A stretch of 64,000 nt of DNA from Candidatus Melainabacteria bacterium (GTDB lineage Bacteria > Cyanobacteriota > Vampirovibrionia > Gastranaerophilales > Gastranaerophilaceae), in assembly GCA_003258795.1 (NCBI GenBank), contig QHMH01000007.1:28479-92478 (forward strand). The letters run 5' to 3'. Made by a program: the position numbers and the translations under genes. Below, in pieces: positions 39,417 to 47,993 of the stretch. How positions within the stretch are numbered: the stretch's first letter is position 1; each line of letters begins with the position of its first letter. Under the pieces are notes generated by a model. The model was not told the origin of the DNA and did no database searches. It saw only the letters and a list, made by a program, of their open reading frames with translations.

Positions 39417-40733
39417 ATTTTTTAACTGTTTAAACTTTCTTATCATCACAGTAAAAAGACCAGTTCCAAGAGATGCGATTGAGAGGGTTAGTCCCACCCA
39501 AAAACCAAAAAGCTTCAAATTATAGCCAAAAGCAAGAATGTAACCAATTGGTAATCCTATTACCCAATATGCGATGAAATTTCCTATCATAATTATATTT
39601 GTATTTTTCAAACCCTTAAAAATTCCCCCTAAAGAAATTTGTAATCCATCAAATATTTGATAAAAAGCTATCAACATTAAAATAGGAATACTTGATGCAA
39701 CCAAATTGTTATCATTAGAGAATATTTTTATGCATTGGGTAGGGAAGAGTAAAAATATTATTGCACAAATGGTCATAAATCCTACAGACATTCCAAGTCC
39801 AGAAAAAGCGTATCGTTTAAGTTCTTCAAAGTTTTTTGCACCATTTTCAAATCCAACCTTAACAGAGATTGCATTTGCGATTGCCATAGGAATCATAAAT
39901 GTCGCATTTGTTAAAGTACAAAGAATACTTTGGATTGCAGCATAGAGTCCAGAAATTCTTGCAACGAATATCGTTACCGCATTCCAAGCTGCAACTTCTA
40001 TTAAAACTGCGCCAGATATAGGTAGTCCCATCTTTATTATTTCCTTAAAGTAGGAGCTATCCCTATAAAACTTAAGTTTAAACAGTTTTAAACACCACAA
40101 AAATAAGATAATTCCAATTATAAGTCTTGAAATTGTTGTTGCTATTGCAAGTCCTAAAGCTCCATATTCTGGTAATCCGTACCACCCAAAAACGAATACA
40201 AAGTTTAAATAGAGATTTAAAAATACACAAAAAATATTTAAAATATTTGGGAATATTACAATTTCGAATGCCTGTAAATATTCTTTCAACCCAACAAAGA
40301 GATATACTCCAAAGTTTGAAAAAGAACAAACAAACATATATTTTTTAATGTCTGGAATGAGTTTATCTTCAAATCCTAAATAATCAACAAGTGGAATTGT
40401 TGCAATTGATAAAATACAAATTATAGTTGCTAATATCATAGAAAACTCAATAGTAGGGTAAAAATATTTTTTTATCGCAAATTTTTCTCCTCTAAAGTTT
40501 GATAATAGAGGAGATATAGCAGATAAAAGGCTGACCCCAAAAAGAAAAATATTCATAAGTATAGAGTTTGCAATTGAAACAGAGGCAAGAACATCTGTTG
40601 AGTATCTTGCCGCAACAAAGACATCTCCAAATCCTACAAGAACAATTCCGAGATTACCAACAATTAGAGGTGTGGCTAATTTTAATAGTTTTCTTGCGTT
40701 TTTAAAATAGTGCATTGCTATTTCCCTATACAA
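39414..40733 (-). CDS. MATE family efflux transporter (NorM-like)
   Basis: 439 aa, 12 TM helices, N-terminus ...LKLATPLIVGNLG... Confidence 0.85.
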   Translation of the reverse strand: MYREIAMHYFKNARKLLKLATPLIVGNLGIVLVGFGDVFVAARYSTDVLASVSIANSILMNIFLFGVSLLSAISPLLSNFRGEKFAIKKYFYPTIEFSMILATIICILSIATIPLVDYLGFEDKLIPDIKKYMFVCSFSNFGVYLFVGLKEYLQAFEIVIFPNILNIFCVFLNLYLNFVFVFGWYGLPEYGALGLAIATTISRLIIGIILFLWCLKLFKLKFYRDSSYFKEIIKMGLPISGAVLIEVAAWNAVTIFVARISGLYAAIQSILCTLTNATFMIPMAIANAISVKVGFENGAKNFEELKRYAFSGLGMSVGFMTICAIIFLLFPTQCIKIFSNDNNLVASSIPILMLIAFYQIFDGLQISLGGIFKGLKNTNIIMIGNFIAYWVIGLPIGYILAFGYNLKLFGFWVGLTLSIASLGTGLFTVMIRKFKQLKN

Positions 40734-42055
40734 AAGTTTTCGAAAATATTATTTAAAATGTCGTCAGTTATGACTTCTCCAGTTATTTCCTCAAGGCTTA
40801 AAAGTGCAGCTTTCACATCGATAGAAATCAAATCCTGCAAGTCTTTTCTTTTTGTAGTTTCAAGTGCTTGAACAAGACTTTTTTCAGCTTTTCTCAAACA
40901 ATCTTGTTGTCTTGAATTTGTGACGAACTCTGTATCTTCTATGGTTTTATGGTTTATTATTTCTTTGATTTTTTCTTTCAGTTCTTCAAAGCCATCTTTT
41001 GTTTTGGTTGAGAGATAAAAAACATTGTTTTCTTTGTTTTCTATTAAGTCAGATTTATTAGCAATTTTAATATGATTTTTATCTTTAATAAAATCCATTA
41101 TTTCAATATCTTCTTTTGTCAATCCTTTCGATGCATCGTATAGAAATAGAACTAAATCAGCTTGTTGAGCGGTTTGTTTGGAGTACTGAATTCCTATTTC
41201 TTCTACCTTATCAGAGGTATTTTCATCTCTAATACCAGCGGTGTCAAGCAGTGTCACAGAAATTCCATCGAAATCAAGTGATTCTGTTAACACATCTCTT
41301 GTTGTACCTGCAATGTCAGTTACGATAGCTCTATCAAGATTTAAAAATGAGTTGAACAATGAAGATTTTCCAACATTTGGTTTTCCGACAATCGCAATTT
41401 TTATCCCTTGTCTTAAAATGTTTGAGCTATCTGCGGATTTTAAAATTTCTCTAATTTCAAAAAGTGCAGAGTTTATTTCATTTTCCAAATCTTCATACTC
41501 TGGTTCTTTGACATCTTCTGGAAAATCAATTCCTGCAATAATCTTTGATAAGGTATCAAATATGCTTTTTTTTATTTTTTCAATTTTTTGACTCAAAACT
41601 CCTGATAGATTTTGAGCCGATTTTACAGCAAACTTTGAAGTTTTAGCATGGATTAAATCACAAACAGCTTCAGCTTGTGAAAGGTCCAATTTATGATTTA
41701 AAAATGCTCTTTTGGTAAATTCTCCTCTTTGAGCAATTCTTGCCCCATTAGATAGAATTAGGTCAAGGATGTTTTTTAAAACTTTGACTCCACCATGACA
41801 TTGGATTTCAATTACATCTTCTCCAGTATAACTATGAGGGTTTTTAAAAGGTAATAAAATAACTTCATCCATTACAATGTTATTTTCATCTACAATTTTT
41901 CCATAATTTATTTTGCCAACAGAAATTTTTCCAGAAAAAATTTTTTCTGCAATATCAAAACTTTTATCTCCAGATATTCTTATAACACCAACCCCGCCTG
42001 TTCCCAATGGGGTAGCTATCGCTGTTATTGTTTCAAATTCTGCATTTATGTTCAT
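40718..42055 (-). CDS. mnmE: tRNA modification GTPase MnmE
   Basis: G-domain KIAIVGKPNVGKSSLFN...DIAGTTRD and the C-terminal ...FCIGK. GAGG RBS precedes the ATG at 42055; the ORF track used a GTG at 42082. Confidence 0.9.
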   Translation of the reverse strand: MNINAEFETITAIATPLGTGGVGVIRISGDKSFDIAEKIFSGKISVGKINYGKIVDENNIVMDEVILLPFKNPHSYTGEDVIEIQCHGGVKVLKNILDLILSNGARIAQRGEFTKRAFLNHKLDLSQAEAVCDLIHAKTSKFAVKSAQNLSGVLSQKIEKIKKSIFDTLSKIIAGIDFPEDVKEPEYEDLENEINSALFEIREILKSADSSNILRQGIKIAIVGKPNVGKSSLFNSFLNLDRAIVTDIAGTTRDVLTESLDFDGISVTLLDTAGIRDENTSDKVEEIGIQYSKQTAQQADLVLFLYDASKGLTKEDIEIMDFIKDKNHIKIANKSDLIENKENNVFYLSTKTKDGFEELKEKIKEIINHKTIEDTEFVTNSRQQDCLRKAEKSLVQALETTKRKDLQDLISIDVKAALLSLEEITGEVITDDILNNIFENFCIGK

Positions 42056-42207
42056 TTTTGCCTCTAAAGGACATGTTACCACAAAAAAACATGTTGACTT
42101 TCAAAAAATAAACATTAAAAAAAGACTACATCAAACAAATGATTTATGTGTGTAATGAGTAGATATAATTCTAAAAAAGAGGGAAAATAAAATCAGAGGG
42201 CAGGATT

Positions 42208-42906
42208 ATGCAAATAGATACAGGAATATCATACATAGAACACGGTTTAAAATCTGCAATAAAAGGTATGCAGATACAGAATGCATATGTTCACCTTACA
42301 AACGATAATATTATAGGGTTTGACAAGGTTGGATATCAAAGAAAAGAAATTGTTTCTTCTTCTTTTGTGGAACATTTAGGTGCAGAAGGATTATCTACAG
42401 TTGTGGATGATGAAGTTGGTAGATTAACTCTTACAAGTAATCCTTTAGATTTAGCACTTGCAAAAAAAGGCTACTTCCAAGTTCAAGATGCAAGCGGGGT
42501 AAAACTTACTCGTGATGGTCGTTTCAAAATGGATAAAGATGGCAATTTATTAACAATGGATAATGCAAAAGTTTTGGGTAATGACGGAATGCCAATTAAG
42601 TCATCGATTATTCCAAAAAATCCTAAAGAAGTTGTTGTAAATAGCAAAGGTGACGTAAGCGTATTTAACCCAGAAACAAAGAAACTCGATAAAATGGGAA
42701 CTTTGGGTATAGTAAATACTGATGGCTCTTTAGTAATCGATCCACAAGTAAAACAAGGATACAATGAATATTCAAATGTGTCTTTGGAAAAAGAATTTTT
42801 GGGTATGATGATGCCACTTAGAAATTTTGATGCAAACAGACAAATGTTTATGATAGAAAGTTCGCTTTTATCAAAAACAATTTCTCAATTAGGATCTTCA
42901 TCATAA
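42208..42906 (+). CDS. flgF: Flagellar basal-body rod protein (FlgF/FlgG family)
   Basis: 232 aa with the rod N-terminal helix (...LTNDNIIGFDKVGYQRKE...) and C-terminal helix (...LEKEFLGMMMPLRNFDANRQMF...). FlgF versus FlgG assignment is a guess. Confidence 0.7.
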   Translation: MQIDTGISYIEHGLKSAIKGMQIQNAYVHLTNDNIIGFDKVGYQRKEIVSSSFVEHLGAEGLSTVVDDEVGRLTLTSNPLDLALAKKGYFQVQDASGVKLTRDGRFKMDKDGNLLTMDNAKVLGNDGMPIKSSIIPKNPKEVVVNSKGDVSVFNPETKKLDKMGTLGIVNTDGSLVIDPQVKQGYNEYSNVSLEKEFLGMMMPLRNFDANRQMFMIESSLLSKTISQLGSSS

Positions 42907-42923
42907 AGGAATAGAGGTGTAAA

Positions 42924-43640
42924 ATGACAACTGTACAAGGTGTAATTAGAAAATGTATTAACAATACAGAAACGCAATTTGAGCGTTTAGGTTTTGTTGC
43001 AACAAATTTCGCAAATTACAGTACAAATGGGTACAAATGTGTTCGATTTGAACAAATGCTCAATGAGGACGGATATCTTACTGGTGTTGCAAGAACAGAC
43101 GTCGGTCAAGGGTCAATGATGATTACTGGAAATCCTTATGATGTTGCTCTTAAAACGGATGGTTACATTCCAGTAACCTCTCCAGAAGGTGAAGTTCAAT
43201 ACACAAGAGATGGTTCATTTAAACAAGGAAAAGACGGATATCTTGTTACAAATGATGGTTGGCTCGTTGGGGATGGAATAAAGATTCCGACAAATATCTA
43301 TCGTTTTTCAATAAAAGGCGATGGAACAATTGCTGTAATGGATGATAAAATGAGCCCTGAAAGAAAAATTGGAAAAATTTCTGTTGTTCGTTTTCAAAAT
43401 CCAGAGGCATTGGAAAAAGGCGCTCCTAACAAAATGAAGGCGACTGCAGAAGCGGGTGAAGCAACGCTTGTAAAAGAAGATAATTTGCTCGCACAAAATT
43501 ACCTTGAAAGAGCAAACCTCAATATTTATGATGCAGTTAATGATATGTTAAGGTTAAATGCATCTATGATTGCAAGTATGCGTATGGCAAAAATCTGTGA
43601 TGATCTTTACAACAAGTCAATAAACTTGAGAGATACATAG
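42924..43640 (+). CDS. flgG: Flagellar basal-body rod protein FlgG-like
   Basis: 238 aa; ...ATNFANYSTNGYK... and the C-terminal ...NYLERANLNIYDAVNDMLRLNASMIAS... rod motifs. Confidence 0.72.
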   Translation: MTTVQGVIRKCINNTETQFERLGFVATNFANYSTNGYKCVRFEQMLNEDGYLTGVARTDVGQGSMMITGNPYDVALKTDGYIPVTSPEGEVQYTRDGSFKQGKDGYLVTNDGWLVGDGIKIPTNIYRFSIKGDGTIAVMDDKMSPERKIGKISVVRFQNPEALEKGAPNKMKATAEAGEATLVKEDNLLAQNYLERANLNIYDAVNDMLRLNASMIASMRMAKICDDLYNKSINLRDT

Positions 43641-43659
43641 AGTAAGAGGGTATTAAGAA

Positions 43660-44007
43660 ATGTTTGATTCATTAAGTAGCATAAATAATACAAGTAAAAT
43701 TCTTAATTTGATTGGTACTCGCCAAAGAGTAATTGGAGAAAACCTTGCAAACGTTGATACGCCAGGGTATACACGTAAAGAAATAAATTTTTCCGAATAT
43801 CTGAGCGATGGTGCAAATAATCTTGAAAAAAAGATGAACGCTAAATTTGGTGGCTCTCCAGTTGGAACAGAAAGTACTGGTGAAACTGTTAATATGGCAG
43901 ATGAAATTATGGAAATGCAAAAAAACTCTCTAATGTATTCTATCGCAACTCGCAGAATGTCAAGCATTATAACAGAGTTAAAAACAGCAATGAATGTAGG
44001 AAAATAA
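43660..44007 (+). CDS. flgB: Flagellar basal-body rod protein FlgB
   Basis: 115 aa; ...GENLANVDTPGYTRKEINF... Confidence 0.8.
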   Translation: MFDSLSSINNTSKILNLIGTRQRVIGENLANVDTPGYTRKEINFSEYLSDGANNLEKKMNAKFGGSPVGTESTGETVNMADEIMEMQKNSLMYSIATRRMSSIITELKTAMNVGK

Positions 44008-44027
44008 TATTTAAGAGGTGATAAAAA

Positions 44028-44468
44028 ATGGGTATTTTAGATGCTATGAATACTGGGGCGGACGCATTAAGAGTCCAAGGTTTGAGAGTCGATATTTGTG
44101 CAAAGAATATCGCAAACGTTGATACCCCAAATTATGTAAGAAAAATTCCTGTTTTAAGTGCGACAAAAGCAAATAGTTTTGGAGGTTTGCTCGGTGCAGC
44201 TGGAGGATATGATTTTACTGGCGGTAGCGGTGTAATAAAAGGTGGAGTTAGTTTAAGTGCTGTTGCGGAAGATCCTGATAAAGGTGAAAGAATATACAAA
44301 CCAGGACATCCAGATGCAGATGAAAATGGTTACATCAGAGCTTCTAACGTAAATCCAATGGTGGAAATGGCAGATGCAATTTTAGCTCAAAGAGCTTATG
44401 AAGCCAATCTTGCCCTTGTAAATGTAACAAGAGCTATGGCGGTTAAAGCTCTTGATATTGGTAGATAG
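44028..44468 (+). CDS. flgC: Flagellar basal-body rod protein FlgC
   Basis: 146 aa; ...KNIANVDTPNYVRK... plus ...VNPMVEMADAILAQRAYEANLALV... Confidence 0.85.
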   Translation: MGILDAMNTGADALRVQGLRVDICAKNIANVDTPNYVRKIPVLSATKANSFGGLLGAAGGYDFTGGSGVIKGGVSLSAVAEDPDKGERIYKPGHPDADENGYIRASNVNPMVEMADAILAQRAYEANLALVNVTRAMAVKALDIGR

Positions 44469-44496
44469 ATTTTACTTTTTGTGCTAAAATTTTTTT

Positions 44497-45549
44497 ATGG
44501 CAATATTTACCGATGATGATAATTTTGAAAAATTTGAAAGAGAAACTGTAAAACCAGAAGCAAATGATTTTGACAAAAGTTTTGAAAACAATATAAGACC
44601 AAAAACTTTTGAAAATTATATTGGACAAAGTTCGCTTAAGGAAACGTTAAAAGTTTCTATTGAGGCTGCGAAAAAAAGAGAGGTTCCACTTGATCATTTA
44701 TTGTTTTATGGTCCTCCTGGACTTGGAAAAACGACTCTTGCGGGTGTTATTGCCCAAGAATGTGGGGTTAATATAAAAATTACTTCTGCTCCAGCTTTAG
44801 AAAGACCAAGAGATATCATTGGAATTTTGATGTCTTTAAAACCTAATGAAATTCTCTTTATTGACGAAATTCATAGATTAAATAAGGTTGCAGAAGAAAT
44901 TTTATATCCAGCGATGGAAGATTTTTATCTCGATATGACAACAGGAAAATCTCACAGCGTAAAAACTTTAAGAGTTCCTCTTGTTAAATTTACTTTAATT
45001 GGTGCGACTACAAAAGCAGGAGCTTTGTCAGGGCCTTTGCGTGACAGGTTTGGAATTATACACAGACTTGAATTCTATACAATTGACGAACTTGCCATGG
45101 TTGTTAAAAGAACAGCGTCAATATTAAATATTAAAATTACTGACGAGGGTGCAAAGGTTATAGCCAGTCGTTCAAGAGGAACTCCAAGAATTGCTAACCG
45201 ATTGGTTAAAAGAGTTGGAGATTTTGCCATTGTTAAATATGATGGAGTAATAACAGAAGATGTTGCTCAAGCCTCTTTAGATACTCTCGATATAGATAAA
45301 TCAGGGCTTAATAATACGGATAGAGCTCTTTTAAAATTGATTATCGAAAAATTCGATGGAGGTCCAGTTGGAATAGAAACTCTATCCGCAGCTTTGGGTG
45401 AGGATATAAGAACATTGGAAGATGTTTGTGAACCATACCTGTTGCAAACAGGTTTTATCCAAAGAACTCCTCGAGGAAGAAAAGTTTCACCAGAAGCTAT
45501 GCGATATTTAGGATATCGACAAAACGGACAAAAAAGTTTATTTGATTAA
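44497..45549 (+). CDS. ruvB: Holliday junction branch-migration helicase RuvB
   Basis: 350 aa; AAA+ [11 protein letters not shown], ...IDEIHRL..., C-terminal winged helix. Confidence 0.93.
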   Translation: MAIFTDDDNFEKFERETVKPEANDFDKSFENNIRPKTFENYIGQSSLKETLKVSIEAAKKREVPLDHLLFYGPPGLGKTTLAGVIAQECGVNIKITSAPALERPRDIIGILMSLKPNEILFIDEIHRLNKVAEEILYPAMEDFYLDMTTGKSHSVKTLRVPLVKFTLIGATTKAGALSGPLRDRFGIIHRLEFYTIDELAMVVKRTASILNIKITDEGAKVIASRSRGTPRIANRLVKRVGDFAIVKYDGVITEDVAQASLDTLDIDKSGLNNTDRALLKLIIEKFDGGPVGIETLSAALGEDIRTLEDVCEPYLLQTGFIQRTPRGRKVSPEAMRYLGYRQNGQKSLFD

Positions 45550-45573
45550 CTCCAAGTTCTTTTTTATAACTTT

Positions 45574-46974
45574 TTATGCAACATATTGTTGTTGTTTTTG
45601 TTGTTCAAGTTTTTCTTTCTCTTGTGCAGTTGGCAATCCAAAAGATTTTTTAATTGTGTTGTCAATTGGAGCAGAAATCTTTCCACTTAAAGTTAAAACA
45701 CCAGCAAATCTCAAAATACCACCAAGTATTTTTGCAGTTTTGCTACTACCATCTTTCAAGCCCATACTTGCAACATTTCCAAATTTTTTAAGAATATTTG
45801 CAACTGCAGTTGAACTTTTTATATTTTTTAAGCTTGCTGCAGAGTAAACAATTGCCCCAGCACTTGCCATTCCAATAGCCCAGCCGGCAGCACCAGAAAC
45901 CAATTCGCTAATTGCAGTTTTTGCTTTTTTGCCTGTTGGTGCATCTTGAGCTTCGTTGAATATTTGTGGAAGATATGATGCAGTCATTAGAACACCGAAA
46001 GTAGTTCTGTCATTGATACAGTTTCCAACAGATTCACCCAAAATTAAAGGTATTTGTTGTGTTAATTTTCCTGCTGTTGTTTGAGCAGCATCACCATTCA
46101 TAATTACAAACTTTTTAAGAGTTTCTCCAAGGTTACCTCTTGAACCTGGAACCCAGCCCTTAACTTTTATATTCTTTGCAAAATCAAATGTTTCTTCTCC
46201 AATTTTACCAATTTTTACATTGTCAAAGAATTTCAACATTTCTTTTGTTGATTTCAAATTGTGTTTTGTTTTTATTGCATCTACCAATTCTTTAGAAAAT
46301 TTGAAACTATCACCCAAGTCTTTTCCGCTAAAACAAGCTTCTGCCATTTCTTGAATAGTTTTTCCGCAAATTTTAGAATCTTTTCCAACTAAAGCTTCTA
46401 AATATTTTGTAAATTTAGTTTTGTCGCCAACGCCGTCAGCGATATTTTTTAAGATTTCAGATGAAGTTAATGAAAATATGCCTTTTGGTCCAAGAACAGA
46501 CATTTTTGCCATTTGAGATTTTGGTTGCACTCTGTTTGCACTTGAAGTTACGTTCTTTACTTCTTGAAATAACTTAGATTTTTTTAGAGGATTTTTAGCA
46601 GAAATAGAATTTAAAACTTCTCCAGCTTTATTACAGAACTTGCTGTTTTTAACAATTTTGTCAACGCTTTCACCAAGTTGCCAGATTTTGTTAATGTTTT
46701 TGTTTACGGCTGCAGTAACTCCCAAAACTGTTGCGATAGTTAAGGTTGCAGTAGTAATATTTTTTTTGAGTTTGTTTTTATCAATGTTTTGAGCTGCAAT
46801 TTGAACTTTTTCTTTTGCGTTATCAACTTTTTCATTTATTTGCAAAGTATCATTGTTTAATACTCTTTGTGCATAACGATAAGGAAGAAGTTGAGCATTA
46901 TTTTGAGCAACGGCGTTGTTGAGCGAACCCCCGATTTGTCTTGCTGTTTGGTATTGAACAAAATTTGTTGTCAT
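45574..46974 (-). CDS. Hypothetical large protein (466 aa), paralog-like to the 13542..15392 protein at the N-terminus
   Basis: No recognisable domain. The K-flanked hydrophobic segment KNITTATLTIATVLGVTAAVNKNINK parallels KITKAAALGIVASATGVMLANKTK of the other protein. Gly/Ala-rich C-terminal third. Confidence 0.5.
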   Translation of the reverse strand: MTTNFVQYQTARQIGGSLNNAVAQNNAQLLPYRYAQRVLNNDTLQINEKVDNAKEKVQIAAQNIDKNKLKKNITTATLTIATVLGVTAAVNKNINKIWQLGESVDKIVKNSKFCNKAGEVLNSISAKNPLKKSKLFQEVKNVTSSANRVQPKSQMAKMSVLGPKGIFSLTSSEILKNIADGVGDKTKFTKYLEALVGKDSKICGKTIQEMAEACFSGKDLGDSFKFSKELVDAIKTKHNLKSTKEMLKFFDNVKIGKIGEETFDFAKNIKVKGWVPGSRGNLGETLKKFVIMNGDAAQTTAGKLTQQIPLILGESVGNCINDRTTFGVLMTASYLPQIFNEAQDAPTGKKAKTAISELVSGAAGWAIGMASAGAIVYSAASLKNIKSSTAVANILKKFGNVASMGLKDGSSKTAKILGGILRFAGVLTLSGKISAPIDNTIKKSFGLPTAQEKEKLEQQKQQQYVA

Positions 46975-47154
46975 TATGCTTTCATCTCCTCTATATCTTT
47001 ATAAAGTCATGTTTTCTGTAAAAATTTACTTTTTAAATTTGATTTGTTAAAATTTGTAAACTGGAAAATTTTACATTATTTGGTTGATTTTCGAGAAAAA
47101 AATATTAAATAGAATATAAACATATGAAGAATAAAAATTCGGGGAGAATAAATT

Positions 47155-47691
47155 ATGGGTTCAGGTTCATCAATAATTTCAGGAATATCTGGAGGAATTA
47201 CAAATACATATTCACTTTTAGCAAACTTTGCAGGCAGTGATGGTGTAACTTTAAAAAGTATATCTTCGGTAATGTCAAATACACAATATGCTGGGAAAAT
47301 TAACCCGACATTTGCATCATATATCCAATCAAATTTTAACACACTTGATAAAGATAAAGATGGGGTTTTGAGTTCAGAAGAATTATCAAATATGACAAAC
47401 ATGATAAATATGACTGGATTGACGCTGAATCAGTTGTCTTCACTTGGAACAGCTTCAGGTTTGTCTACGGAAACTTTACAAAAAGTTATTGAACATTTCC
47501 AAGAAATCGATAAAAATGGTGATGGAAAAGTTACAACCGCAGAAATCAATTCATACACGGTTTCTGCATCAAAAATGCAAAAAGAGGATGAATTTAGGGA
47601 CAAATTTGTTTCAGATATGTCAATGTTTTATGGTGACGATACATCCTCAAATACAGATTCCATCCTATCTTATAGATATAAAAACATATAG
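47155..47691 (+). CDS. EF-hand calcium-binding protein (two canonical EF loops), Ser/Thr-rich
   Basis: 178 aa with GGGGAGA RBS. Loops DKDKDGVLSSEE and DKNGDGKVTTAE match the 12-residue EF-hand pattern (D1, D/N3, D5, G6, E12). Confidence 0.65.
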   Translation: MGSGSSIISGISGGITNTYSLLANFAGSDGVTLKSISSVMSNTQYAGKINPTFASYIQSNFNTLDKDKDGVLSSEELSNMTNMINMTGLTLNQLSSLGTASGLSTETLQKVIEHFQEIDKNGDGKVTTAEINSYTVSASKMQKEDEFRDKFVSDMSMFYGDDTSSNTDSILSYRYKNI

Positions 47692-47748
47692 CTTGAATCA
47701 ATTTTTGATTTTAAATTTTATTTTTTAGTTATTTCGGGCAGTTGACAA

Positions 47749-47780
47749 GGAAAGCCTTATATTTAAAGGCTTTCCTTTTT
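47749..47780 (+). terminator. Intrinsic terminator (GGAAAGCCTT-atatttaa-AGGCTTTCC + T5)
   Basis: 10-bp stem then T-run, downstream of the EF-hand gene. Confidence 0.75.
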
Positions 47781-47993
47781 AATTTCATGAAAAAACCTTG
47801 GAATGTAACAGCTTTTTAATAAAAATTTCTATTATATCGATAAAATGTCTTGACTACAATTATTGAAGTAGTAACATAATAATCAGCATGCTTATATGAG
47901 GAAGGTGTGTCCTCGATTTTTTTAAAAAGCCGAAAAAGGGCAGAAACACACCGTGTGTACACCGTATTATATCAGATCGCAAGAGGTGAATAA

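Noticed and set aside
45542-45847. 101-aa plus-strand ORF downstream of ruvB
   Set aside because: It overlaps the 3' end of the 466-aa minus-strand gene. Its Cys/Phe-rich composition reads like an antisense translation artefact.
47742-47747. TTGACA hexamer inside the EF-hand gene terminator region as a promoter -35
   Set aside because: There is no acceptable -10 at 16-19 nt, and the hexamer overlaps the terminator stem. More likely coincidental.
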